Source of the DNA: Coleofasciculus chthonoplastes F2-STO-03
GTDB lineage: Bacteria; Cyanobacteriota; Cyanobacteriia; Cyanobacteriales; Coleofasciculaceae
Reading direction: 5' to 3'
DNA: 14,190 nt
NCBI GenBank assembly: GCA_040222015.1
Contig: JAVJWO010000212.1
Coordinates: 1-14,190, forward strand
In this document: one piece after another, positions 6,113-14,190 of the stretch
Layout of the letters: the number at the start of each line of letters is the position of its first letter
Position numbering within the stretch: the stretch's first letter is position 1
Made by a program: the position numbers and the translations under genes
Notes under the pieces: generated by a model
Database searches by the model: none
What the model saw: the letters and a program-made list of their open reading frames with translations, nothing else
Told to the model about the DNA's origin: nothing

Positions 6113-6488
6113 TACAAACATTCTGGTTCGCTACCTTACCCAAGATGACGAACAGCAGTGGCAACAAGCAGTCGCACTGATTCAACAAAACCAGCCCTGC
6201 TTTATTGCCAATATTGTCCTTTGCGAGTTGGTTTGGGTTCTCAAAGGAGGCAACTACGGGTTCCATAAAGATGAAATTATCAATACCCTAGAAGCAATGT
6301 TACATAGTTCGGCTTTTGAATTTGAAAACCGTTCTACTGTTTATCAAGCCTTAAAGCGATATCAACAAGGTAGCGCTGACTTTTCGGATTATTTAATCGG
6401 AGCGATTGTCCATCAAGCGGGTTGTACTCAAACAGTTAGTTTCGATCGCAAGCTGAAGAACGAAAAAGGGTTTCGTTGTCTGGAATAG
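6099..6488 (+). CDS. vapC: PIN-domain type II toxin (VapC), 129 aa
   Basis: MIGLDTNILVRYL, IVLCELVWVL, ADFSDYLI and TVSFDRKL supply the PIN acidic residues. ATG at 6099 with an SD-like GAGGGAG is preferred over the TTG at 6078. It overlaps the antitoxin by 14 nt. Confidence 0.92.
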   Translation: MIGLDTNILVRYLTQDDEQQWQQAVALIQQNQPCFIANIVLCELVWVLKGGNYGFHKDEIINTLEAMLHSSAFEFENRSTVYQALKRYQQGSADFSDYLIGAIVHQAGCTQTVSFDRKLKNEKGFRCLE

Positions 6489-6716
6489 GGTTCAAACCCA
6501 ATCAACGACTAGAGTAGAACTCGATAAAAAACGATCGCAATTAGCCTCTCAACGCGATCACTCTTCTATTCTCCCAGAAAGGCGATGCCAACCAATCCAA
6601 CATCGGCTAGGGATACCCAAATAGCTACTGAAAGCTTTATATGGTAATGGTTTCAGCCTACCTGCTTCCCGTCAGCCTCTCGACTCTCCCCACTCCCTCT
6701 CAGCACTGTTGTGGTC

Positions 6717-6746
6717 TGGACTAAGTAGGATCACTTAGAATATACT
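6717..6746 (+). promoter_or_regulatory. Possible promoter of the ABC1 kinase gene with an overlapping palindrome
   Basis: TGGACT(6717-6722)-18 nt-TATACT(6741-6746). The inverted repeat CTAAGT-N6-ACTTAG (6721-6738) spans the spacer. Confidence 0.3.
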
Positions 6747-6810
6747 TAACAAAACGATAAAAAAATAAATAAACTTTTCTAGTTTGTTACGTGAGAGGCT
6801 ATAAATCGCT

Positions 6811-8586
6811 GTGAGTCAGCAATACATTGAAGTTGATTATCTTGAACCTGAGAATATTCAACCCCGACGGCGCTATGATCCCGACGCGATCGCAGCTAAA
6901 TACCGCTATCGCCCTTGGGTGGTTCTCTGGCGGGCGTTAAGGATTATCTGGAACTTCGTACAGTTTATTCTGGGTCTCAAGTGGGACGAGTGGCGCAACC
7001 AAGTTGAGAGGAATCGGTTTAAACGCGCTACTCAACTGCGACAGATCCTGACTCGCCTTGGTCCGACGTTTATTAAAGTGGGACAAGCGTTATCCACGCG
7101 CCCGGATTTAGTTCGCAAAGATTTTTTAGAAGAACTGATTAAGCTACAAGACCAACTCCCACCATTTGACAATAAAACCGCCTTCGCGATTATCGAGTCA
7201 GAGTTAGATCGTCAGGTGAGTGAAGTCTATCGCCAAATATCCCCTGATCCAATTGCGGCGGCAAGTCTCGGTCAAGTCTATCATGCTTATCTCTATACCG
7301 GGGAAGAGGTAGCGGTTAAGGTACAGCGCCCTAACCTACTCAAATACCTAACTCTGGATCTCTATTTAATGCGGAAGTCAGCCGGCTGGTTATCCCGATG
7401 GCTTCCCCTGAATCTGGGTCATGATCTGACATTAATTGTCGATGAATTTGGCATTAAGTTGTTTGAAGAAATCGATTATGTCAACGAAGGTCGTCATGCG
7501 GAACTCTTTGCTAGTAACTTTCGTGATGACCCCAGTGTTAAAGTGCCAGCCATTTACTGGAAGTACAGTAACCACCGAGTTTTAACCTTAGAGTGGATTA
7601 ATGGGTGTAAGTTAACCGATACTAAAAGTCTTTGCACGGCTGGACTTGATGCTGACCAAGTGATTCAAACTGGCGTCATCGCGGGTTTGCGTCAACTCTT
7701 AGAACACGGCTTTTTCCACGCTGATCCCCATCCCGGTAACTTGTTTGCTATGCCCGATGGTCGCATGGCTTACATTGACTTTGGCATGATGGATCAGTTG
7801 GAGGAAGAAACGAAAGAAACGATTGTCAGTGCGGTTATTGATTTAATTAATAAGGATTATTTGGAGTTAGCGAAAAAGTTTGTCATCCTCGGCTTTTTAA
7901 CCCCAGATACAGACATCACACCAATTATTCCCGCCATAGAACGAGTGCTGGGAGACGCGGTGGGTCAAAGTGTACGGGACTTTAATTTTAAAACGATTAC
8001 GGATAGTTTTTCCGAGTTAATGTTTGAGTATCCGTTCCGTGTTCCGGCAAAGTTTGCCCTGATTATTCGGTCTTTGGTGACTCAGGAAGGGTTGGCGTTA
8101 ACTCTGAATCCAGATTTCAAAATTGTTGAGGTGTCTTATCCTTACGTTGCCAAACGTCTACTCAAAGGTGAATCGCCAGGTATGCGACGGCGGTTGATTG
8201 AGGTGTTGTTCAAGGATGGCAGATTCCAATGGCAACGGTTAGAGAATATGATTGCGATCGCGCGATCGGATGATAACTTTGATTTACTCCCCACAGCGCA
8301 ACTAGGATTGCAATATCTGTTATCTGAAGAAGGGAAGTTCTTGCGGCGTCAGGTATTGTTAGCATTGACGGAAGATGACCGATTGCATACTGAAGAAGTA
8401 CAACGCCTGTGGAATTTGGTCAAAGATGACTTGAAACCGGGACGGTTATTTAATGTGGCGTTAAGTTCTCTGGGTACTATGTCAACGGAGCAAATTGCCG
8501 CAATTTTACCCCTGACAGCGATGATGGGGGACAATAAGATTGAGGGAATTTATGAAGAAAAAGAACAGTTCTTAACCCCAAATTAA
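6811..8586 (+). CDS. AarF/ABC1/UbiB family atypical protein kinase, 591 aa
   Basis: Motifs LGPTFIKVGQALSTRPDL, PIAAASLGQVY, VAVKVQRP, FFHADPHPGNL and YIDFGMM. GTG start with GAGAGG upstream. Confidence 0.96.
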   Translation: MSQQYIEVDYLEPENIQPRRRYDPDAIAAKYRYRPWVVLWRALRIIWNFVQFILGLKWDEWRNQVERNRFKRATQLRQILTRLGPTFIKVGQALSTRPDLVRKDFLEELIKLQDQLPPFDNKTAFAIIESELDRQVSEVYRQISPDPIAAASLGQVYHAYLYTGEEVAVKVQRPNLLKYLTLDLYLMRKSAGWLSRWLPLNLGHDLTLIVDEFGIKLFEEIDYVNEGRHAELFASNFRDDPSVKVPAIYWKYSNHRVLTLEWINGCKLTDTKSLCTAGLDADQVIQTGVIAGLRQLLEHGFFHADPHPGNLFAMPDGRMAYIDFGMMDQLEEETKETIVSAVIDLINKDYLELAKKFVILGFLTPDTDITPIIPAIERVLGDAVGQSVRDFNFKTITDSFSELMFEYPFRVPAKFALIIRSLVTQEGLALTLNPDFKIVEVSYPYVAKRLLKGESPGMRRRLIEVLFKDGRFQWQRLENMIAIARSDDNFDLLPTAQLGLQYLLSEEGKFLRRQVLLALTEDDRLHTEEVQRLWNLVKDDLKPGRLFNVALSSLGTMSTEQIAAILPLTAMMGDNKIEGIYEEKEQFLTPN

Positions 8587-8658
8587 AATATAGCAGCGAT
8601 AGATTTAGGCGTAGAGAATTTGATGGCTGTAACTTCGAATCAACCGGATTTTACTCCT
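8539..8658 (+). pseudogene. tnpB: Short remnant of an IS200/IS605-family tnpB (RuvC-I region)
   Basis: Reading through the kinase stop in the same frame gives IEGIYEEKEQFLTPN*NIAAIDLGVENLMAVTSNQPDFTP. This matches the TnpB pattern IEvIYE...aaIDLGvnNLmavtsN. Confidence 0.78.
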
Positions 8659-8678
8659 TACTATACTTTTACTAACTA

Positions 8679-8893
8679 GGGTCTGCTGCACAAGTCGGAA
8701 ACCCTTGCAAATAAAGGGTTATGAGATGATTAAAGGTGCATCAGGTGCAAGGTTTTGAAACCCATAAACTGGAAATCCTGGTATTTTTCGAGGATGCTTA
8801 AGCAGAATCTTCCCCCATCAGGGGGTTGAAACTGTTCCCTGTTCCCTGTTAAGCAGTTCCCTCCCCTCACCACAAAACTTATTCAGCAGACCC
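8679..8893. mobile_element. 215-bp MITE (non-autonomous IS derivative)
   Basis: The left end GGGTCTGCTGCACAAGT and the reverse complement of the right end GGGTCTGCTGAATAAGT match at 15/17. TAACTA is directly repeated at 8673-8678 and 8894-8899. Inside are an AACCCTT/AAGGGTT hairpin and TGTTCCC heptamer repeats. There is no ORF in the track. Confidence 0.85.
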
Positions 8894-8909
8894 TAACTAT
8901 GAGCCATGA

Positions 8910-11900
8910 TCAAAGAAGTTCAAGGATGATTGTGTCAGAAAGCGGACTGGTGGTGCCGTCTAAATATTTCACCACAGCAACAATGTAGTTGAGTCCTCCT
9001 TCTGGATCAGATTTAGTCAAGGTGACAGGAATGTCCACAGTGCCAGTCCCGTCAAGGGTAGCGGACTGCTCAGTAATGGCGATAATGCTGTTTGCCTCAA
9101 ATGGGTCTACATCAAAGGCATTGCCATCGCCATTCTCAGTAAACAATGCCGCCTCTGTAACCAGCAACATAACCTCAGCACCCGCAGGACCTGTAACCTG
9201 GATGGTCTGATTTTCATTGGACACCTTGGCTCGTGTCGAGGACAATCCCACGGCTGCAATCGTGGGTTGACCGGGCAAGTCAGATTGGAGTGTCATCTGA
9301 GATCCATCCAGACTGTTGGGAATCCGATAGGTATCTCCCACCAAGGTTGAACCATCATCAAAGTCGGCTCGCACTTGGGTACCCGTTAACTCAAGTCCAG
9401 AAACGTCAGCCGAATCGCTGGGTCCAGGTTGTGGCAACCCCTTAATGCTAGTCGGGTCAACGTCAATGGAGAAGGTTAGTGTTTCTGTCGGATCAAAGTC
9501 ATTGAATAGGATTTCCAAGGCATCAAAACCACCGTCATGGGAACTTAGCAGCGTGTGAGAAAGGTATCCCACGCCTGAGTCGGTATCTATAGTAAACACT
9601 TTGGCGGCTGTGTCGCCAGCGCTACCGTTAGGGTCAAAAACTAAATCGGGAAGAATACTGGAACTCAAATCAATCACAACCCGGTCGAGTTTCTCACCCC
9701 CAGTCGAGGTGTTGGTGATTTGGAAGGAATCGGAGCCAAAGGTACTGTTATTGATGCTGCCACCGGGTGGGTCAATCGTAAATGTCGCCGATGCGGTGGT
9801 CGTTGGTAGGGCTTCATTGTCCAAAATCCGCAGTCGGGCTTCACCCTGCGCCCCAATCATTGCCCAGGGGGTAGGACTATCCAGGACCAGATTGATTGTC
9901 TCATCCCCTTCGACTTCCGTATCTTCGAGGATGGGAATCGATACCACTTTGGTGCCGATTTCCCCATCGGCAAAGGATACAGTAATGGGAGCATTGGTGT
10001 AGTCAACACCACTGGTGGCTGTGCCATCGGTTTGGCTGAGTGTTGCACTAACAGCGCCAAAACTCACTCCAGTCCGGGTAACGCTCACCTGAGCCACAGA
10101 AGTGCCATCTTCATTCACCGTAAACTCAGTATCACCGAATGCCAAGGTGCTACTCAAATAGATAAAGGCATCGGGGATGGTGGAAGTTGTGCCATCATTG
10201 GTGACCACCACATCAAGTAGATCACCGGTTGGGGTGGTTTGCTCCGGAATAATCCCCTGAATCCGTTTGGCGGAGACGGATGTGAGCAGGGCGGTTTGAC
10301 CGCCAATTGTGACCGTGGTATTAGCCAGATCAGGGTCGAAGTTTGCCCCACCAATGGTGAAGGTTGCACCACCCACCGCAGGAGAGCGCCAGGGGAAGAT
10401 ATCATAGGCGGTCATATTGAAGACAGCCGCCAGATCATCGGGTAGGGACACGGTGATTTGGTCATCCGTGAAATCGATGCCCAGAATTGCCCCCCCAGGA
10501 CCATGCAACACATCGAGGGCAGTTGGCACATTAATGATCGTCTCTAGGGACTCAAAGGAGCCATCGGCGGCAATAGATGCATTGTAGACCGTGCCATTCC
10601 ATTTCTGAGCCAATAGGTTACCCTGCATCTGTCCCAAAAAGGTCGTGGCTCGGTATTCGCTAATCCCATTGGTTGAAGACGCGACTGTGCCTAAGGGCGG
10701 GGTAAAGTCACCCGTCGTATCGTTGGGACTATACCAAACATACTGCCGAGGATCAAAGCGACCTTGATTGCGATTGGCGTGTCCGTAGTAGTTCCCCTCG
10801 ACCAAGAGGTTAATTTCATCGGGTTGACCGGTGATGGACTTTTCGGTGTTAGCTCCAGTAGAGGCGGCACCAAAGGCACTGCTGGCGTTTGCCCCATTAT
10901 CGGTGCCGTAGAGTCGATTTTCAGTCGTCCAGACAATATCAAAGGGGTTGCGCTGTCCGCTGGCGAATACGGATACATCCACACCAGAAACCACGTTGAC
11001 GATTTCTCCGTATACCTGGTCATTGGCATCAAAGCCACTCGGTGCCGTTTCTCCTGGGGTCAACTCGTACTCAACCGTGCCATTAAAATTCGGGTCGGTG
11101 ATTTTGGCTTTGAGGATTGCCCCCGATAACGGCGATTCCGGAAGACCACCAATGTTGTTATCGGGGACTCCGGCATTGGTATTCCCACCAACGGCGATGA
11201 GCAAGTCTCCATGATTGTCAAATGCCAATCCGTTAATGCCGTGGTCATGGTTCGAGACGGGTAATCCTGTAATTAAAGGCGTTACCGTTGAGAAGTTAGC
11301 TCCTTCGAGGATAGAAACCTGACCATTGTAGGGTGAAAATTCGGTGACAGGTCCTTGACCCCCATTATGGGCAAAAAGTTCACTGTGGGCGACGTAGATT
11401 TTCGGGGAATCAGCAGGATCATCAAAGGGGTTAAAGGCAATTCCCAGAATATTGCTGTTGCTCAGACCGGCAATACTGGAAACAGTCTGGGTATTGGTCA
11501 CCTGATAGGTATCATCAAAGGTGTAGATTTCAATCGCTCCGGTAATCGTTCCCACATAAAGCCTGCCATCAGGTCCCCAGGTTGCCTGAGTGGGTGAGAA
11601 GGGTGTGGCACCCGTTTGTTGTTCCGGTAGGAATTTAACAGGTGGTGTTCCTTCAACATAATTAAAGGTGACAACATTGCTGATCCCATTGGGGGTTTCC
11701 ACGGTTACGGTAACCGAGTCGCCAAAGGTGCCAGGTGGTGTGGCAAACGTGATTGTCCCCTGATTCACTTGGATATCCGGTTCCGTTAAGATGGTGTTGC
11801 CCCAGTGAACCTTGACCTGATCAGAGGCGTCACCTTCCCAAAAGGCAATACCCTCCAGGGTGATGATTTCACCCCCGAACGTGGAGACACTGGTATCGTT

Positions 11901-14189
11901 AGGGGGATTGATGAAGGGAAGCAAACTGGTTTGGTCATGAGTCAGATTGGTTCCTTGCAGGGGTACGGGTGGGACACCATCAATTGATGCCAGGACTTCG
12001 ATCGGGTTGACTTCCCCAGCTGCCCGAGCCACACGGGCTTCTAGGTTATAGGTTGTGCCTGCGGTGAGGGTTTGTGTACCCGTGACCAGGTTGCCATTAA
12101 TATAGATGTCGCTATCTGTACCACCATTAACGGTGAAATCATAGTCGCCAGGGGTGGTGGGGGCAAATTTTCCCTGGAAGACAACGGCGACATCTTGGTT
12201 GGAGTAGGACGAACTGCCCAAGGTGCCAAAGGAACCATTTTCCTTCAGGTGTAAGCTGCCATCTAATAGATCATTCGGATCTTTTGGCGTCAGGGGGAGG
12301 ACTTCCTGAAACTCAGGGGCGGTGAGATTGTCAATATCGGCATCCAGATCGTAGGAGACTAACACCCCACCGACGGCGTTGATCGGAAACACATTCAGAT
12401 CAACTGCATCTGTGAGATGATCGGGGGGTGAATTGCTATCTTCAATGGTCAAGGAAACCGTGTGGGCACCAACGCCCAACGTCGCCTGAATGTCTTCCCC
12501 TGTACCCAAAACCGTTGCCCCGTCTTCCCACGTCCAGCTCGTCAGAGACTGACCGGGTTCATGGGTGTGGGATTCATTGCCCAATAGGGTGACCCCTTCG
12601 CTACCATTTCCGTTATAGTCAACGGCATAGTCTGGGGCATCGATGACCACATGGAGAAAGGGATGACCACCGTGAGCCTCTTCTTCCTTGACAACTTCGA
12701 TGGATGAGATTTTTGGCTTCTCCACCACACCGACTAAATCGATATTGAGAATACCATCGGTTACGCCCACATTATCGGAAATCCTCAGTGCTGCATTGCC
12801 GCCCACCTGAGCATAAATGTCCAGATCATCAGCGATTAAATTCCCCTCAGCCATGACATCAAACACCCGCAACCCTGCATCAGCCCAGTAAATTTCGGCA
12901 AAATTCAGGTTAACTGTGTAGGTACCTGCTTCTGGGACGGGAATTTCGTAGGATAGGGTGTTGTTGTGCCAGCGCTCACTTTGATACAGGGTGTCGTCAA
13001 AGGTATTACCAATATCCGTTGTCGCCGCAATGCCATTGGTACCCCCACCGATGAAGTAGGTATCAGCTTGCCACAGCCGACTATCTACACTGGTGTAGTC
13101 TCCTCCCCCAGAGTTGATTAGGCTGGGAGGGAGTGCGGTGCCGGTGACACTCACCTCAAAGCTGCCCAGAGTGCCACTGGTGACCACGTTCCCACTGGCG
13201 TCGCTGACTTGGTTGGCGGCTAAGGCGATGGTGTAGATGCCGTCATCTGTGCCATCCCAGTTTCCACCTGGGGCAGCAAATTTGTAAATGGCTCTCAGGG
13301 GAGAGCCGTTACTGTCTGGCTGAATCGTCTCTAAGCTGGCTAACTGACTGAACCCATTTGGTCCGGTGACCAGAATATCGTTGTTATCCGGTGTGGTAGA
13401 GTCGATGACTTGGTTATCGAAGTAGGTGACACTGAATTGGTACTCGGTGCCGCCGCGAACGGTGACATCTGTGGCACTCAGGCTCGCGGTTGGTACGATG
13501 GTATCCGGGATGGGATTGGCTAAGATCTCAATGGCTGAGAGCTTGGCGTTATTGACTAGAGCCGTCAAGTCGAGGTCGAGGATGCCATCGGTGACAGTAA
13601 CATTGGCTAGGGAGGTGGTTAAGGCGGTATTATTGGTCCCAGTCACCGAGAGGATGTCTAAATTGTTCAGGAACGGATCACCCTCAACCGCCACATCAAA
13701 CGCCCGTTGTCCTTCTTGAGCAAAGAATGTTTCGGCAAAGTGCAGGTTCACTGTATAGGTGCCGTTGGTGACGGGAATGTCATACCCGAAGGCGTTTTGA
13801 TAGCGATCTGTTTGATATAGGGTATCTTCCACCGTGCCATTAATGCTGCCATTGGTGGCTGAGGTATTGCCGTTGGTGAAGTAGGTATCGGCTAACCACA
13901 GGTTGCCTTGGGTATCGGTATAGTTGCCTCCCCCCACATTGATCCGCACATCGGTGGGCACTGGGGGAGCGGCGTTGACGTCAAAGCTGCCCAGAGAACC
14001 GCTCACCACCCCATTACCACTGGTGTCTGTCACCTGGTTGGCTGCCATCGCGATCGCGTAGGTGCCATTATCCCCTGTATCCCAAGTGCCGCCGGGAGCG
14101 AGGATGCTGTACGTGGCGCTGATGGGTGTGCCATTACTGTCGAGCTTTACGTTATCTAGGGTGGCTAACTGACTAAATCCATTCGGTCC
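8910..14189 (-). CDS. Large extracellular-type multidomain protein, 5'-truncated: Ig-like + malectin modules (at least 2), PKD-like, PA14-like, IPT/TIG, glucose/sorbosone-dehydrogenase-type beta-propeller, IPT/TIG, Calx-beta, C-terminal beta domains
   Basis: The frame stays open to the window edge (GPNGFSQLATLDNVKLDSNGTPISATY...), so ATG 14048 is internal. Malectin motifs are RINVGG...WLAD..F, LYQTDRY, YTVNLHFAE, GQRAFDV and AKLSAIEI, present twice. Propeller motifs are WGPDGRLYVG, HDHGINGLAFD, GQRNPFDI and LYGTDNG. The Calx-beta motif is DGTATSGVDY...VSFADGE...ILEDTEVEGDETINLVL. Confidence 0.9.
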   Translation of the reverse strand, partial: GPNGFSQLATLDNVKLDSNGTPISATYSILAPGGTWDTGDNGTYAIAMAANQVTDTSGNGVVSGSLGSFDVNAAPPVPTDVRINVGGGNYTDTQGNLWLADTYFTNGNTSATNGSINGTVEDTLYQTDRYQNAFGYDIPVTNGTYTVNLHFAETFFAQEGQRAFDVAVEGDPFLNNLDILSVTGTNNTALTTSLANVTVTDGILDLDLTALVNNAKLSAIEILANPIPDTIVPTASLSATDVTVRGGTEYQFSVTYFDNQVIDSTTPDNNDILVTGPNGFSQLASLETIQPDSNGSPLRAIYKFAAPGGNWDGTDDGIYTIALAANQVSDASGNVVTSGTLGSFEVSVTGTALPPSLINSGGGDYTSVDSRLWQADTYFIGGGTNGIAATTDIGNTFDDTLYQSERWHNNTLSYEIPVPEAGTYTVNLNFAEIYWADAGLRVFDVMAEGNLIADDLDIYAQVGGNAALRISDNVGVTDGILNIDLVGVVEKPKISSIEVVKEEEAHGGHPFLHVVIDAPDYAVDYNGNGSEGVTLLGNESHTHEPGQSLTSWTWEDGATVLGTGEDIQATLGVGAHTVSLTIEDSNSPPDHLTDAVDLNVFPINAVGGVLVSYDLDADIDNLTAPEFQEVLPLTPKDPNDLLDGSLHLKENGSFGTLGSSSYSNQDVAVVFQGKFAPTTPGDYDFTVNGGTDSDIYINGNLVTGTQTLTAGTTYNLEARVARAAGEVNPIEVLASIDGVPPVPLQGTNLTHDQTSLLPFINPPNDTSVSTFGGEIITLEGIAFWEGDASDQVKVHWGNTILTEPDIQVNQGTITFATPPGTFGDSVTVTVETPNGISNVVTFNYVEGTPPVKFLPEQQTGATPFSPTQATWGPDGRLYVGTITGAIEIYTFDDTYQVTNTQTVSSIAGLSNSNILGIAFNPFDDPADSPKIYVAHSELFAHNGGQGPVTEFSPYNGQVSILEGANFSTVTPLITGLPVSNHDHGINGLAFDNHGDLLIAVGGNTNAGVPDNNIGGLPESPLSGAILKAKITDPNFNGTVEYELTPGETAPSGFDANDQVYGEIVNVVSGVDVSVFASGQRNPFDIVWTTENRLYGTDNGANASSAFGAASTGANTEKSITGQPDEINLLVEGNYYGHANRNQGRFDPRQYVWYSPNDTTGDFTPPLGTVASSTNGISEYRATTFLGQMQGNLLAQKWNGTVYNASIAADGSFESLETIINVPTALDVLHGPGGAILGIDFTDDQITVSLPDDLAAVFNMTAYDIFPWRSPAVGGATFTIGGANFDPDLANTTVTIGGQTALLTSVSAKRIQGIIPEQTTPTGDLLDVVVTNDGTTSTIPDAFIYLSSTLAFGDTEFTVNEDGTSVAQVSVTRTGVSFGAVSATLSQTDGTATSGVDYTNAPITVSFADGEIGTKVVSIPILEDTEVEGDETINLVLDSPTPWAMIGAQGEARLRILDNEALPTTTASATFTIDPPGGSINNSTFGSDSFQITNTSTGGEKLDRVVIDLSSSILPDLVFDPNGSAGDTAAKVFTIDTDSGVGYLSHTLLSSHDGGFDALEILFNDFDPTETLTFSIDVDPTSIKGLPQPGPSDSADVSGLELTGTQVRADFDDGSTLVGDTYRIPNSLDGSQMTLQSDLPGQPTIAAVGLSSTRAKVSNENQTIQVTGPAGAEVMLLVTEAALFTENGDGNAFDVDPFEANSIIAITEQSATLDGTGTVDIPVTLTKSDPEGGLNYIVAVVKYLDGTTSPLSDTIILELL

Positions 14190-14190
14190 A

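Noticed and set aside
14046..14048. ATG 14048 as the start of the large protein
   Set aside because: The frame is open to the window edge, and the upstream codons continue an Ig-like module homologous to the internal copy.
8989..14159. Many 60-133-aa ORFs overlapping the large gene (also 677-871, 1651-1896, 1930-2154, 4933-5118, 6057-6266, 8349-8534)
   Set aside because: They are antisense or alternate-frame shadows of well-supported genes and have no motifs of their own.

Overview
The window looks cyanobacterial: it has eight perfect HIP1 octamers (GCGATCGC) and typical short dispersed repeats. The left part (1-6490) is an accessory, defence-like island. It holds a Uma2-family nuclease gene and a NACHT-NTPase/HEAT-repeat (NLR-like) gene on the minus strand, then an AbrB-type antitoxin and PIN (VapC) toxin pair on the plus strand. 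These genes sit inside or beside a degenerate tandem array of a ~424-bp intergenic unit (160-572, 1130-1245, 5082-5790). The three copies of block C of that unit each carry a conserved leftward sigma70-like promoter. The Uma2 ORF is inserted almost exactly start-to-stop at a unit junction, so the array resembles a gene-cassette scaffold; this is the most unusual feature. The right part has an ABC1/UbiB atypical kinase whose last codons appear to come from an in-frame tnpB remnant. It also has a 215-bp MITE with terminal inverted repeats and a target-site duplication, and the 3' part (>1759 codons, start outside the window) of a large malectin/PKD/PA14/IPT/sugar-dehydrogenase-propeller/Calx-beta protein. 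All family assignments come from motif recognition by eye; no searches were run.
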